Assembly (NCBI GenBank): GCA_963422565.1
Contig: OY730228.1
Span: 37,315-101,314 of the forward strand
Length of the DNA: 64,000 nt
Reading direction: 5' to 3'
Source of the DNA: Alphaproteobacteria bacterium
GTDB lineage: Bacteria > Pseudomonadota > Alphaproteobacteria > MPNO01
Position 1 is the stretch's first letter; the number at the start of each line of letters is the position of its first letter. Under the pieces are notes generated by a model. It was not told where the DNA came from, ran no database searches, and was given only the letters and a program-made list of their open reading frames with translations. Made by a program: the position numbers and the translations under genes. Below, piece by piece: positions 39,477 to 50,419 of this stretch.

Positions 39477-40445
39477 ATGCTCGAGGCCGACCCATCCTCG
39501 CCCTGCTGGAGCGACGCCGAAGCGCTGGCGCTGATCGAGCGCCCCTTCAACGACCTGATCTACGAGGCGCAGATCGTCCATCGACGCCACCACCACCCCA
39601 ACCGCGTCCAGGTCTCGACGCTGCTCAGTATCAAGACCGGCGGTTGCCCCGAGAACTGCGCCTATTGCCCGCAGAGCGCCCGCTTCGAGACCGGTGTGGC
39701 GCCCGAGGCGCTGATGCCGCTCGACGACGTGCTGGCCGCGGCCCGCCGCGCCCGGCAGGCAGGTGCGACCCGCTTCTGCATGGGCGCCGCATGGCGCGGC
39801 CCGCGCAGCCGCGACCTCGAGCGGGTGGAAGAGATGATCGCGGGGGTCAAGGCGCTCGGCCTCGAGACCTGCGCCACGCTCGGCCTGCTGGCGCCGGGCC
39901 AGGCCAAGCGGCTGCGGGCCGCCGGTCTCGACTACTACAATCACAATATCGACAGTTCCGAATCCTTCTACGAACGCATCGTCACTACCCGGCGCTTCGC
40001 CGACCGGCTGGAGACGCTGGAGCGGGTGCGCCGCGCCGGCATCGCCGTCTGCTCGGGCGGGATCGTCGGCATGGGCGAGACCCGCGCCGATCGGGCCGCG
40101 ATGCTGGCGGTGCTCGCGGGTCTCTCCGAGCCGCCGGAGAGCGTGCCGATCAACATGCTGGTCCGGAGCCCGGGCACCCCGCTCGCCGAGGCGCCCGATC
40201 TCGACCCGCTCGAACTGGTGCGCACCGTCGCCGCGGCGCGGATCATGATGCCGGGCGCGACGATCCGGCTCTCCGCCGGCCGGGCGGACATGCCGGATGC
40301 GGTCCAGGCGCTCTGCTATCTCGCCGGGGCCAACTCCATCTTCTACGGCGACAGGCTGCTGACGACCCCCAACCCGACGGCCGACGCTGATCTCGCCCTG
40401 TTCGACAGGCTCGGCATCGCCCCCGCCACGCCCGGCGGTGGTTGA
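39477..40445 (+). CDS. bioB: Biotin synthase
   Basis: [54 protein letters not shown]. Confidence 0.97.
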   Translation: MLEADPSSPCWSDAEALALIERPFNDLIYEAQIVHRRHHHPNRVQVSTLLSIKTGGCPENCAYCPQSARFETGVAPEALMPLDDVLAAARRARQAGATRFCMGAAWRGPRSRDLERVEEMIAGVKALGLETCATLGLLAPGQAKRLRAAGLDYYNHNIDSSESFYERIVTTRRFADRLETLERVRRAGIAVCSGGIVGMGETRADRAAMLAVLAGLSEPPESVPINMLVRSPGTPLAEAPDLDPLELVRTVAAARIMMPGATIRLSAGRADMPDAVQALCYLAGANSIFYGDRLLTTPNPTADADLALFDRLGIAPATPGGG

Positions 40446-41787
40446 GAGCGCGGACCATCTCTGGTTTCCCTACGCTCCGATGGGCGGGGCACCGCCGCCC
40501 CTCGAAGCGGCGGCGACCGAGGGGGTCCGCATCCACCTCGCCGACGGGCGCGAACTGATCGACGGCACCGCGTCCTGGTGGACGGCTTGCCACGGCTATA
40601 ACCACCCGCATATCGTCGACGCTGTCTCGGACCAGCTCGCGCGCATGCCGCACGTGATGTTGGGCGGGTTGGCGCACGCGCAGGCGATGCGCCTCGCGCG
40701 ACGGCTCGCGACGCTGCTCGGGCACGGGCTCGAACGGGTGTTCTTCTGCGATTCGGGCTCGGTCGCCGTCGAAATCGCCCTCAAGATGTCGGTCCAGTAC
40801 TGGCGCAACCGCGGCCTGCGCGGCCGCGACCGCTTTGTCGGGTTTCGCTGGGGCTATCACGGCGACACGCTGGGCGCGATGGCGGTCTCGGACGCCGAGG
40901 ACGGGATGCACCGGCTGCTCGGCGGCTATGTTCCGACCCAGACGATGCTCGACCTTCCCGTCGGGGACGCCGCCATCGCTCGGTTCGACGCCGCGCTGGC
41001 GCGCCTGCGCGACGAGACCGCGGCTGTGATTCTCGAGCCGCTGGTCCAGGCCGCCGGGAACATGAAGTTCCATCCGCCGGAGACGATCGCCGGGGTCGCC
41101 CGCGCTTGCGCCCGGCACGATTTGCTGCTGATCCTCGACGAGGTGGCGACCGGTTTCGGCCGGACCGGCAGCATGTTCGCTTTCCAGGCGGCGGGGATCG
41201 CGCCGGACATCCTGTGCATCTCCAAGGCGCTGACCGGAGGCACCGTGGGGATGGCCGCGGCGGTCGCCGGCCGCCGGGTTTTCGAGGCCTTCGACACCGA
41301 CGCGCCGGAGGCGGCGCTGATGCACGGCCCGACCTTCATGGCCAACCCGCTCGGCTGCGCGGCGGCCAATGCGAGCCTCGATCTGTTCGCGCGCGAGCCG
41401 CGGCTCGCGCAGGTAGCCGCGATCGAGCGGCAGCTCGCCGCCGAGCTCGCGCCCTGCCGGGGCTATCCCGGGGTGGTCGACGTCCGCGTCCGGGGGGCCG
41501 TCGGAGTCGTGCAACTCGCCGAGTTAGCGGATCCGGTGCGGCTCGGCCGCCGCTTCGTCGAAGAAGGGGTGTGGATCCGTTCGTTCGGCGATGTCGTCTA
41601 TCTGATGCCGCCCTTCGTCATTTCGTCAGAGGATCTCGGGCGGCTGACGGGCGCGATCCGGCGGGTCCTCGGCGGCGTCACCCGCCCGCCGGCAGCCCGC
41701 ACTCGGCGAGCGTCCGGCTCTGCCGCTCCGCCAGGGCTGCAGCGTCGAAGCCCGAGACCAGATCGTGGAACAGTCGGTACCAGTTGA
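40438..41787 (+). CDS. bioA: Adenosylmethionine-8-amino-7-oxononanoate aminotransferase
   Basis: [63 protein letters not shown]. Confidence 0.95.
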   Translation: MVESADHLWFPYAPMGGAPPPLEAAATEGVRIHLADGRELIDGTASWWTACHGYNHPHIVDAVSDQLARMPHVMLGGLAHAQAMRLARRLATLLGHGLERVFFCDSGSVAVEIALKMSVQYWRNRGLRGRDRFVGFRWGYHGDTLGAMAVSDAEDGMHRLLGGYVPTQTMLDLPVGDAAIARFDAALARLRDETAAVILEPLVQAAGNMKFHPPETIAGVARACARHDLLLILDEVATGFGRTGSMFAFQAAGIAPDILCISKALTGGTVGMAAAVAGRRVFEAFDTDAPEAALMHGPTFMANPLGCAAANASLDLFAREPRLAQVAAIERQLAAELAPCRGYPGVVDVRVRGAVGVVQLAELADPVRLGRRFVEEGVWIRSFGDVVYLMPPFVISSEDLGRLTGAIRRVLGGVTRPPAARTRRASGSAAPPGLQRRSPRPDRGTVGTS

Positions 41788-43069
41788 TCTCCGCCTTGAG
41801 GCGGAGGAACACCGAGCCGAGCCCGATCGCCGCCCGGTCCATCAGCACGAATTCGCGCGGCGGCGTCACCCCGCCGAGCCGGCGGAGCTCGCGATGCACC
41901 TTCTCCGCGACGCTTGCCCCGTACATGCCGCTCTCCGAGTCCTGGATGCGTCGCGCCCGGTCCTCCAGCAGCGGGGCGTAGAGGAATTCGGCCCACAGGT
42001 TGAGGGTGTCGATCAGTTCCCGCGAGAGGTCGCGGAAGCCCCAGGTCTCGTAGGCATGGACGGCGAGCGCCCGGTCTCCGGTCTGGAGCGCGCGGTGGAG
42101 ATTGATCACGCCTTCGACGAATGCCGGCCGGAACACCCGAACGCAGCCGAGATCGAGCAGGTTGATCGACTGGTCCGTGCGCACCGAATAGTTGCCGAGA
42201 TGCGGATCTCCGTGGATGACGCCGTATTCGTAGAAGGGCACGTACCAGGCCCGAAACATGTTGTAGGCGATGCGGTTGCGGATCTCGGGCGGGGCGTCGA
42301 CGGCCTCGGTGAGCCGGGCGCCCTCGAGCCAGGTCATCGTCAGCAGCCGCGCCGTCGACAGTTCCGGACGCGGTTCGGGGATGTGAACCCCGCACTCTCC
42401 GGCCAGCATCCGCCGGTAGAGCGCCAGATGGCGGGCCTCTCGTTCGTAGTCCAGCTCCTCGCGCAGCCGAACCGAAATCTCGGCGTGGATCTCGCGGGGG
42501 TCGACTGCCCGGTCGTAGCGGCGGAAGAGCGCGAAGATCACCCGCAGCTGCCGCAGGTCCGCCTCCACGACCGAGGCCATATCGGGATATTGCAGCTTGC
42601 AGGCCAGCCTTGCGCCGTCCCCGGCGCGGGCGCGGTGCACCTGCCCAAGCGAGGCGGCGGCGGCGGCCACGCGCTCGAACTCGGCGAAACGGGACCGCCA
42701 GTCCGCGCCGAGCTCGGCCGCCATGCGCCGACGGACGAACAGCCAGCCCATCGGCGGCGCGTTCGACTGGAGTTCTGCGAGCTCGGCGACATATTCGCCG
42801 GGCAGCATGTCGGGGACGGTCGACAACATCTGGGCGACCTTCATCAGCGGCCCCTTGAGCCCGCCCAGCGCGCGCTTGAGCTCGCGGGCGCCGCGTTCCC
42901 GGTCGGCCTTGATGCCCAGATAGCGTTCGCCGGCGATCCGGGCCGCGACGCCGCCGACCGCTGCCCCGACGCTGGTGTAGCGGCGAACCCGCTGGCCGAA
43001 CCGGTTCTCCTCCCCCGCGGGCCCGAGAGGTCGCGAGCCCAGCCTCGTCGCGCCGCCGCCCTCCGTCAC
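41678..43069 (-). CDS. AarF/ABC1/UbiB-family atypical kinase
   Basis: LKGPLMKVAQ, AAASLGQVHRA, KLQYP, EELDY.REA, HGDPHLGNY, LLDLG; GTG start with GGAGAG RBS (ATG at 43093 is an alternative). Confidence 0.92.
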   Translation of the reverse strand: MTEGGGATRLGSRPLGPAGEENRFGQRVRRYTSVGAAVGGVAARIAGERYLGIKADRERGARELKRALGGLKGPLMKVAQMLSTVPDMLPGEYVAELAELQSNAPPMGWLFVRRRMAAELGADWRSRFAEFERVAAAAASLGQVHRARAGDGARLACKLQYPDMASVVEADLRQLRVIFALFRRYDRAVDPREIHAEISVRLREELDYEREARHLALYRRMLAGECGVHIPEPRPELSTARLLTMTWLEGARLTEAVDAPPEIRNRIAYNMFRAWYVPFYEYGVIHGDPHLGNYSVRTDQSINLLDLGCVRVFRPAFVEGVINLHRALQTGDRALAVHAYETWGFRDLSRELIDTLNLWAEFLYAPLLEDRARRIQDSESGMYGASVAEKVHRELRRLGGVTPPREFVLMDRAAIGLGSVFLRLKAEINWYRLFHDLVSGFDAAALAERQSRTLAECGLPAGG

Positions 43070-43149
43070 CCGATCTCTCCTTGGTGTTCGCATGGAGGTT
43101 AGGATATAAAGCGCTCTCTTCGGGAGACCAACCGCCGGTCGGAGGATCG

Positions 43150-44940
43150 ATGCGCTACGACGCGTGGCGAAGCCTGCCCGAGATGTTCTTCGATGTGACC
43201 GCGGAGGGCGGCGAGCGCCCGCTCCTCTGGGCCAAACGCGCCGGCGCCTGGCAGGGGGTCACGCGCGCCGAGGCCGCCGCCCAGGCGGCCGCGCTGTCGC
43301 GGTTCCTGGGTGCCGTCGGGATCGCGCCCGGCGATCGGGTGATGCTGGTCTCTGAGAACCGCCCGGAATGGGCGATCGCCGATTTCGGGATCATGGCCGC
43401 GGGTGCGATCACCGTGCCAGCCTATATCACCAACCAGATCGGCGATCACCGCCATGTCATGCGCGACAGCGGCGCCAAGGCGATGATCCTGTCCACCGCG
43501 GCCCTGGCCGAGCGCGCCCTGGCGGCGGCGGCGGGCTGCCCGGATCTCGATACCGTGATCCTGATCGACCCGCCGGAGGTGTCGATCCCGGCGGATGTCG
43601 AGGTGACGCTCTGGCCCGATCTGCTCGCCGCGGATGGCGGCGGGCTCGACGACGCTATCGAGAGGTCGACGGCGTTCCGGCGCTCGGAGACCGCCTGCCT
43701 GATCTACACGTCGGGCACCGGCGGTGCGCCCAAAGGCGTGGTCCTGAGCCACGGCGCGATCCTCGCCAATTGCCAGGGCGCCCATCGGCTGCTGGTCGAT
43801 CTCGGCTTGGGGGACGAAGTGTTCCTGTCCTTTCTGCCGCTCTCCCATTCATACGAGCACACTGCAGGGATGATGTTCCCGATCTCCATCGGTGCGGAAA
43901 TCTACTACGCCGAGGGGCTCGACAGGCTCGCCGCCAACCTGGTCGAGGTCCGCCCGACGATCATGACAGCGGTGCCCAGACTCTACGAGACTCTACACGG
44001 CCGGATCACGCGAACCGTCGCCAAGGACGGCGGCCTCAAGGCCAGGATGTTCGACAAGGCCGTCGCGCTCGGCATCAAACGGATCGAGGCGAAGACGCCC
44101 CTCTCGCCGATCGAGAGGCTCCTCGATCGCGGGCTCGACCGCCTGGTCAGGTCCAAGGTGAGGGGCCGTTTCGGCGGCCGGCTCAAGGCGCTGGTCAGCG
44201 GCGGCGCGCCGCTCAACTACGATATCGGCATGTTCTTTTCCAGCCTCGGGCTGCGCCTCCTGCAAGGCTATGGTCAGAGCGAGGCGGCGCCCATCATCAG
44301 CGTGAACCCGCCCGACCGGGTCCGGCTCGAGACGGTCGGCCGGCCGATGGCCGGCGTCGAGGTGAAGATCGCCGAGGACGGCGAGATCCTGGTGCGGGGC
44401 GAATCGGTGATGACCGGCTACTGGAACAACGAAGAGGCGACCCGGGAAGCCTTGCGCGACGGCTGGCTGCACACCGGCGACGTCGGAGAGATCGATGCGG
44501 ACGGCTATATCCGGATCACCGACCGCAAGAAGGACATCATCGTCAATTCCGGCGGCGACAACGTCTCGCCGCAGCGCATCGAGGGCTTCCTGACGCTGCA
44601 GCCGGAGATCGCCCAGGCGATGGTCTACGGCGATCGCAGGCCTCATTTGGTTGCGCTGCTGGTGCCCGACGAGGAGTTCGCCAGGAGCTGGGCGGCGGAG
44701 AACGGATGTCCGGCCGATCCGGAGGCTCTGGCAGCCGACGATGCGTTCGGGGCGGCCGTCGGCGCGGCGGTCGATCGGGTCAATGGCGGGCTTTCGCCGA
44801 TCGAGCGGGTGCGGCGGTTCGTTCTCAGGGCCGAACCCTTCACTATCGAGAACGAGCAGCTCACGCCCTCCCTCAAGATTCGCCGCCACGTGATCACCGC
44901 CGCCCACCGGGGGGAGCTCGAAGCGCTCTTTCCGGGATAG
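43150..44940 (+). CDS. Long-chain fatty acid--CoA ligase (AMP-binding)
   Basis: IYTSGTGGAPKGV, SFLPLSHSYE, QGYGQSE, GWLHTGDVG, DRKKD, LTPSLKIRR. Confidence 0.93.
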   Translation: MRYDAWRSLPEMFFDVTAEGGERPLLWAKRAGAWQGVTRAEAAAQAAALSRFLGAVGIAPGDRVMLVSENRPEWAIADFGIMAAGAITVPAYITNQIGDHRHVMRDSGAKAMILSTAALAERALAAAAGCPDLDTVILIDPPEVSIPADVEVTLWPDLLAADGGGLDDAIERSTAFRRSETACLIYTSGTGGAPKGVVLSHGAILANCQGAHRLLVDLGLGDEVFLSFLPLSHSYEHTAGMMFPISIGAEIYYAEGLDRLAANLVEVRPTIMTAVPRLYETLHGRITRTVAKDGGLKARMFDKAVALGIKRIEAKTPLSPIERLLDRGLDRLVRSKVRGRFGGRLKALVSGGAPLNYDIGMFFSSLGLRLLQGYGQSEAAPIISVNPPDRVRLETVGRPMAGVEVKIAEDGEILVRGESVMTGYWNNEEATREALRDGWLHTGDVGEIDADGYIRITDRKKDIIVNSGGDNVSPQRIEGFLTLQPEIAQAMVYGDRRPHLVALLVPDEEFARSWAAENGCPADPEALAADDAFGAAVGAAVDRVNGGLSPIERVRRFVLRAEPFTIENEQLTPSLKIRRHVITAAHRGELEALFPG

Positions 44941-44999
44941 ACTCGAATCCTGCGCTTCCCGGCGAAACGCCGGACGACCCGGATGAGGAGGAGTGGCCC

Positions 45000-45698
45000 A
45001 TGGCCGAACGTGAGAAAGCCCTGATCGTCGGCGCCGGGAGCGGGCTCAGCGCCTCGCTCGCCCGGCTGTTCGCCAGAGAGGGCATGGCGGTGGCGCTGGC
45101 CGCGCGCGACGCCGGGAAGCTCGCCTCTCTGGTCGCTGAGACGGGCGCCCGCGCCTATCGCTGCGACGCCGCCGACCCGGGCGATGTCGCGGCCCTGTTC
45201 GACTCGGCCAGCGCGGAGATGGGCGAACCCGACATCGTCGTCTACAACCCGTCCGCCCGCGTTCGCGGGCCGATCGGCGAGCTCGATGCCGTGGCCGTTC
45301 GGTCCGCCATCCTGGTCACCTGCTATGGTGGGTTCCTGGTCGCCCAGCAGGCGGCGCGGCAGATGACCGCCCGCGGCGGCGGGACCATATTGCTGACCGG
45401 CGCCTCGGCGAGCGTCAAGGGTTATGCCAACTCGTCCTCCTTCGCCATGGGCAAGTTCGGGCTGCGCGGGCTGGCCCAGAGTCTTGCCCGCGAATTGCAG
45501 CCGCGGAACATCCATGTTGCCCATTTCGTGATCGACGGCGGCATCCGCAGGGAGGGCGACGCCCGGGTGGTCGCGCGTGGCTCGGACGGCACGCTCGACC
45601 CCGACGCGATCGCCGAGACCTATCTCCACATCCACCGCCAGAACCGAAGCGCCTGGACCTGGGAGGTCGCGCTTCGCCCCTGGGTGGAGACGTTCTGA
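45000..45698 (+). CDS. Atypical SDR oxidoreductase
   Basis: VGAGSGLS, TGASAS, FAMGKFGLRGLAQSLAREL (FxxxK), WTWEVALRP. Confidence 0.88.
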   Translation: MAEREKALIVGAGSGLSASLARLFAREGMAVALAARDAGKLASLVAETGARAYRCDAADPGDVAALFDSASAEMGEPDIVVYNPSARVRGPIGELDAVAVRSAILVTCYGGFLVAQQAARQMTARGGGTILLTGASASVKGYANSSSFAMGKFGLRGLAQSLARELQPRNIHVAHFVIDGGIRREGDARVVARGSDGTLDPDAIAETYLHIHRQNRSAWTWEVALRPWVETF

Positions 45699-45798
45699 CC
45701 CCGGCGCTCCCACATGTTCGGCGAACGAGGTGCCGGGCGGTGTCCTCGGGGTCGATTATCGCCGTTCCGGTTCCGGGTGGCGTGAACAGGAGATCGCG

Positions 45799-46305
45799 AT
45801 GACGACGATGACGGAGACTCGGTCCGGCGGCCTCGCCGAGACGCTCCAAGCGCGGATCGCCCGTTTCGAGACGCGCTCCTACGACTGGGACGCGCTCAAG
45901 TTCCAGGCCGATTACGATCCCAAATACCGCCGTGCGCAGATGCGCTACCTGGGCACCGGGGGCACCGGCGTCGACGGCGATGCGAACACGGTGCCGTCCG
46001 AGCATTTCACCTTCTCGACGATGGTCCTGCCGCCCGGCTGCGAAGGCCCATTGCATGTCCATGACGATGTCGAGGAGGTCTTCTTCATGCTGCGTGGGCG
46101 GGTCAAGCTCAGCTTCGCCCGCGGCGGCGAGACATGGGAGACCGAGCTCGGCGAGCGCGATCTGGTCTCCGTGCCGCCCGGCATCTATCGCGGGCTGGTC
46201 AACCAAGGCCAGGAGGAAGCCCTGATGTGCGTGATGCTGGGCGCGTCCAAACCGCGTGTTCCGACCTATCCGCCCGACCACCCGCTGGCCGGACTCAAGC
46301 GCTGA
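45799..46305 (+). CDS. Cupin domain protein
   Basis: YRRAQMRYLGTGGTG, GPLHVHDDVEEVFF, VPPGIYRG. Confidence 0.88.
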   Translation: MTTMTETRSGGLAETLQARIARFETRSYDWDALKFQADYDPKYRRAQMRYLGTGGTGVDGDANTVPSEHFTFSTMVLPPGCEGPLHVHDDVEEVFFMLRGRVKLSFARGGETWETELGERDLVSVPPGIYRGLVNQGQEEALMCVMLGASKPRVPTYPPDHPLAGLKR

Positions 46306-46313
46306 ACCCGTCG

Positions 46314-47156
46314 ATGGCGGCGCCCTGCCTCCCCAGGCTGCGGAGCGTCGACGCCGGCGGGCGGCGCATCGCCTGGCGCGCCGCGGGCGGCGGGGAGACG
46401 CTCCTCGCTCTCCACGGGATCGGCTCCGGCTCGGCGTCCTGGGCGGCCCAGCTCTCGGGCCTCGCGGATCGGTTCCGCGTCGTCGCCTGGGACATGCCGG
46501 GCTATGGCGGCTCGGAGCCGCTGCCCGATGTCGCGCCGACTGCCGCGGCCTATGGGGCGGCGGCTTCGGCCCTGCTTGACGCCTTGGGAATCGGGCGGGT
46601 CCATGTCCTGGGCCATTCGCTCGGTGCCCTGATCGCCGCGTCGCTCTGCCGCGCCGCGCCGGACAGGCCGCTCTCGGTGATTCTCGCGAATCCGGCGGCC
46701 GGATACGCCCGCGCGCCCGACGAGATTCGCGTGGGCCGGCTGCGCGCGCGCCTGGCGGCGATGGCGACGCAGGGACCCGCCGAGGTGGCCCGGCTGCGCG
46801 CGCGCGAACTGCTCTCCGCGAGCGCCCCGGACGAGGTGTACGAACGGGTGCGCGCGGTCCAGAGCAAGGTCCGTCCCGAGGGTTACGCCCAGGCGGCGCG
46901 GATGCTGCACGGCGCGGACATCCATGACGACGCCGCCCTGATCGCGGTTCCGGCGCTGGTGATGTGCGGCAGCGCCGACCGCGTGACGCCCGAGGAGAGC
47001 TGCCGACGCATCGCCGCGGCCATCCCCGGTGCCGCCTATCGCCCGCTCGAGGGGGCGGGACATGCGAGCTATGTGGAGCGCCCGACGCAGTTCAACTCGG
47101 CGGTGGCCGGTTTCATCGCGGCCCTGCGAGGCGGCGACAGCCCGGCCGCTGCCTAG
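46314..47156 (+). CDS. Alpha/beta hydrolase
   Basis: LHGIGSG, WDMPGYG, GHSLG nucleophile elbow, D.VTP, GHASY. Confidence 0.9.
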   Translation: MAAPCLPRLRSVDAGGRRIAWRAAGGGETLLALHGIGSGSASWAAQLSGLADRFRVVAWDMPGYGGSEPLPDVAPTAAAYGAAASALLDALGIGRVHVLGHSLGALIAASLCRAAPDRPLSVILANPAAGYARAPDEIRVGRLRARLAAMATQGPAEVARLRARELLSASAPDEVYERVRAVQSKVRPEGYAQAARMLHGADIHDDAALIAVPALVMCGSADRVTPEESCRRIAAAIPGAAYRPLEGAGHASYVERPTQFNSAVAGFIAALRGGDSPAAA

Positions 47157-47172
47157 GACGGGGGCGAGGCGG

Positions 47173-47955
47173 GTGGATCTGGAGCTTGCCGCCAAAGTCG
47201 CGGTGATCACCGGCGGCACGTCCGGGATCGGCTTGGCGGTGGCGCGCCAGTTCCTCGCCGAGGGCGCGAGGGTGGCGATCTGCGGCCGCGATCCGGCGCG
47301 GCTCGACGACGCGCTCGACGCCCTCGACAGCGAGGCCGCGCATGGCGCCGTCTGCGATGTCCTCGACGGCGGCCGGGTGGCGGCGTTCCGCGACAGCGTC
47401 GCCGCCCGCTTCGGACGCGCCGACATGCTCGTCAATAACGCCGGCCAAGCGCGTATCCAGGGATTCGCCGAGACCGGCGACTCGGATTGGCGCGATGAGC
47501 TCGACCTCAAGTTTTTCAGCGTCCTCAACCCGATCCGGGCGTTCCTGCCGCTGCTCGAGACGGCCGCCCCGTCGGCGATCGTGTGCACGAACGCGCTGCT
47601 CGCCCGGCGGCCCGAACCCCGTCTGATCGCGACCGCTGCGGCCCGCGCCGGCGCCCTCAACTTGGCGAAGTCGCTCAGCCGCGAATTCGCGCCTAAGAAC
47701 ATACGGGTCAACTCGGTTCTGATCGGGCTGATCGATTCGGGGCAATGGGAGCGGCGCTTCCGGCAGGGTGCCGGCGGCGGGTTGAGCCGGGCGGACTGGT
47801 TCGCAAAGCTGGCGGCGGACCGCGACATCCCGCTCGGCCGGCTCGGCACCAGCGAGGAGGCGGCGAGGGTGATCGTGTTCCTGGCCTCGCCGGCCGCGAG
47901 CTATCTGACGGGCTCGGCGATCGAGGTCGCCGGCGGGCAGGGCCGCCATGTCTGA
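47173..47955 (+). CDS. SDR oxidoreductase with non-canonical TxxxR motif
   Basis: TGGTSGIG, VNNAGQ, IATAAARAG, IPLGRLG. Confidence 0.88.
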   Translation: MDLELAAKVAVITGGTSGIGLAVARQFLAEGARVAICGRDPARLDDALDALDSEAAHGAVCDVLDGGRVAAFRDSVAARFGRADMLVNNAGQARIQGFAETGDSDWRDELDLKFFSVLNPIRAFLPLLETAAPSAIVCTNALLARRPEPRLIATAAARAGALNLAKSLSREFAPKNIRVNSVLIGLIDSGQWERRFRQGAGGGLSRADWFAKLAADRDIPLGRLGTSEEAARVIVFLASPAASYLTGSAIEVAGGQGRHV

Positions 47956-49618
47956 TCGCATCGCGGCCGGCGATCTGGTCGCGCGGTTCCTCGAGACCTG
48001 CGGCGTCGAAGCCGCGTTCGGGGTCATCAGCATCCACAACATGCCGATCCTCGACGCGGTCTCCCGCCGGGGGCGGCTCCGCTTCGTGCCTGCGAGAGGC
48101 GAGGGGAGCGCGGTCAACATGGCCGACGCGCACGCCCGGGTCACCGGCGGGTTGGGGGTGGCGGTTACCAGCACGGGGACGGCTGCGGGCAACGCTTGCG
48201 GCGCGTTGGTCGAGGCGCAGACCGCCGGGACCGCGCTGCTGCATCTTACAGGCCAGATCGAGCGCGCCTGGCTCGACCGCGAGACCGGCTACATCCATGA
48301 GGCAGCGGACCAGCTGGGTATGCTGCGGGCGGTGTGCAAGGTGGCCTTTCGCGTGCGGACGCCCGAGACCCTGCTCGGGACGTTGCGCGAGGCGGTGCGC
48401 GCCGCGATCAGTCCGCCGACCGGACCGGTCAGCGTCGAGATCCCGATCGACATCCAGGAGGCGGTGTTCGACCGGCCGGGTGCCCTCGCCGCGCCGCCGC
48501 CGATCCACCCGGAGATCGACGCACGCGCCCTGGCGGCGCTCGCCGATGCGTTGGCCGGCGCACGGCGCCCGTTACTGTGGTTGGGTGGCGGCGCGCGCGG
48601 GGCCGTGCACGAAGCCCGCGCCCTGATCGAGCTCGGCTTCGGCTGCGTGACCAGCATCCGCGGCCGCGGCGTGGTCTCGGAGGCGCATCCGCGTTCGCTG
48701 GGCGCCTTCAACCTTCAGCCGCCGGTGGAAGCGTTCTACGAGAGCTGCGATGCGCTGCTGGTCGCGGGGTCGCGGCTTCGGGGCAACGAGACTCTGAAAT
48801 ACACGCTGGCGCTGCCGCGGCCGCTCTACCGGGTGGATGTCGACGCGCGCGCGGACGGGCGCGGTTTCGCGAACGACCTCTTCGTGGTCGGAGACGCTGC
48901 TGCGGTTCTCGCCGGTCTCCGCGCGGAGCTCGCGGGCCGCTTGGTGGTCGACCCGGAGTTCGCCGACGATATCGCGGACGCGCGGCGGGCCGCGGAGGCC
49001 GACCTGCGGGCGGGGCTGGGTCCCTACGAGCGGCTGATCGACGCGCTCCGGGACGCGCTGCCCACCGGCAGCCTTTGGGTGCGGGACATCACGCTCTCCA
49101 ACACGATCTGGGGCAACCGGCTGCCGCCGCTCGCCGGGCCGCACGACGGGATCCACGCGGTCGGCGGCGGGATCGGCCAGGGGCTTCCGATGGCGATTGG
49201 CGCGGCGGTGGGAGCCGGCGGGCGCAAGACAGCGGCGCTGGTCGGCGACGGCGGGCTCGCGGTAACCCTCGGCGAGCTCGCGACCCTGGCGCAGGAGCGG
49301 TTGAACGTCCTGTTGATCGTCATGAACGACGGCGGCTACGGCGTGATCCGCAACATCCAGGATCACAGGTTCGAGGGGCGGCGCTGCTTCGCCGATCTGG
49401 CGTTCCCCGACCTCTCGAGGCTCGCCGACGCGCTCGACCTCCCGTTTCGCCGGGCGCGCGCGGAGGCCGAGTTCCGCGGCTGTCTCGACTGGGCGTGCGG
49501 CCGCAACGGCCCGGCGCTCGTAGAAGTCGACATGACGGCGATCGGTCCGTTTGCAAGGACTTTTGCCGGGCCGCCCGCGCGCCAGACAGTTCGGAACGGC
49601 CAAGCGGGGGGCACGTAA
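47948..49618 (+). CDS. Thiamine pyrophosphate-dependent enzyme (ALS-like decarboxylase)
   Basis: FGVISIHNMP, ARGEGSAVNMAD, TSTGTAAGN, GDGG..(x)..ND TPP motif. Confidence 0.92.
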   Translation: MSDRIAAGDLVARFLETCGVEAAFGVISIHNMPILDAVSRRGRLRFVPARGEGSAVNMADAHARVTGGLGVAVTSTGTAAGNACGALVEAQTAGTALLHLTGQIERAWLDRETGYIHEAADQLGMLRAVCKVAFRVRTPETLLGTLREAVRAAISPPTGPVSVEIPIDIQEAVFDRPGALAAPPPIHPEIDARALAALADALAGARRPLLWLGGGARGAVHEARALIELGFGCVTSIRGRGVVSEAHPRSLGAFNLQPPVEAFYESCDALLVAGSRLRGNETLKYTLALPRPLYRVDVDARADGRGFANDLFVVGDAAAVLAGLRAELAGRLVVDPEFADDIADARRAAEADLRAGLGPYERLIDALRDALPTGSLWVRDITLSNTIWGNRLPPLAGPHDGIHAVGGGIGQGLPMAIGAAVGAGGRKTAALVGDGGLAVTLGELATLAQERLNVLLIVMNDGGYGVIRNIQDHRFEGRRCFADLAFPDLSRLADALDLPFRRARAEAEFRGCLDWACGRNGPALVEVDMTAIGPFARTFAGPPARQTVRNGQAGGT

Positions 49619-50419
49619 ATGCTCAATGTCGGTCTGATCGGATTCGGTGGTATTGGCCGGGAGGTGGTCGGATATCTCGCCGCCGCCTCGCGGCGGGCGC
49701 GGGTCGCGACGGTGATCGTCCGCTCCGGTCGTATCGAGGCGGTGCGTTCGATGCTGCCCGAGGAGGTCGAGATCGTGGACTCGCTCGACGCGGTGTCGAC
49801 CAACCCGGGATTGATCGCCGAGTGTGCGGGCCACGAAGCGGTCGCCGCCTACGGCCCGGCGATCCTCCGACGGGGAACCGATTTCCTGGCCGTCTCGATC
49901 GGCGCGCTCGCGGATGAGAGGTTGCGGGCGCGACTCGAGGCCGCGGCGGAGGCCGGCGGCGCCAAGCTGATACTTCCGGCGGGTGCCGTCGCCGGGCTGG
50001 ACGCGCTCGCCGCCGCCCGGGTCGGCGGGCTGGACCGGGTAACCTACATGTCGCGGAAGCCGCCCCGGGCGTGGCGGGGAACGCCGGCGGAATCGGTCTG
50101 CGACCTCGAGGCCCTCGACGTGGAAACCTTGCTGTTCGAGGGTGCGGCGGACGAGGCGGCGCAGCTCTATCCGCAGAACGCCAATGTTGCCGCCGCAGTC
50201 GCCCTCGCCGGGGCCGGGTTCGCCGGGACCCGCGTCCAACTCGTCGCGGACCCGGCGGCCGCCGGCAACATCCATCGACTGCGCGCCGAGGGCGCGTTCG
50301 GCGCGTTCGATATCGAGATCCACGGCCGGCCGCTGCCCGGCAATCCGAAGACCTCGACATTGGCGGCGCATTCGGTGGCCGCCGAGATCGTACGGCGCGC
50401 GGCGGCGGTCGAGATATGA
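49619..50419 (+). CDS. nadX: L-aspartate dehydrogenase family protein
   Basis: GFGGIG, ECAGH, SIGALAD, GAVAGLD, YPQNANVAA, NPKTS.LAA. Confidence 0.9.
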   Translation: MLNVGLIGFGGIGREVVGYLAAASRRARVATVIVRSGRIEAVRSMLPEEVEIVDSLDAVSTNPGLIAECAGHEAVAAYGPAILRRGTDFLAVSIGALADERLRARLEAAAEAGGAKLILPAGAVAGLDALAAARVGGLDRVTYMSRKPPRAWRGTPAESVCDLEALDVETLLFEGAADEAAQLYPQNANVAAAVALAGAGFAGTRVQLVADPAAAGNIHRLRAEGAFGAFDIEIHGRPLPGNPKTSTLAAHSVAAEIVRRAAAVEI

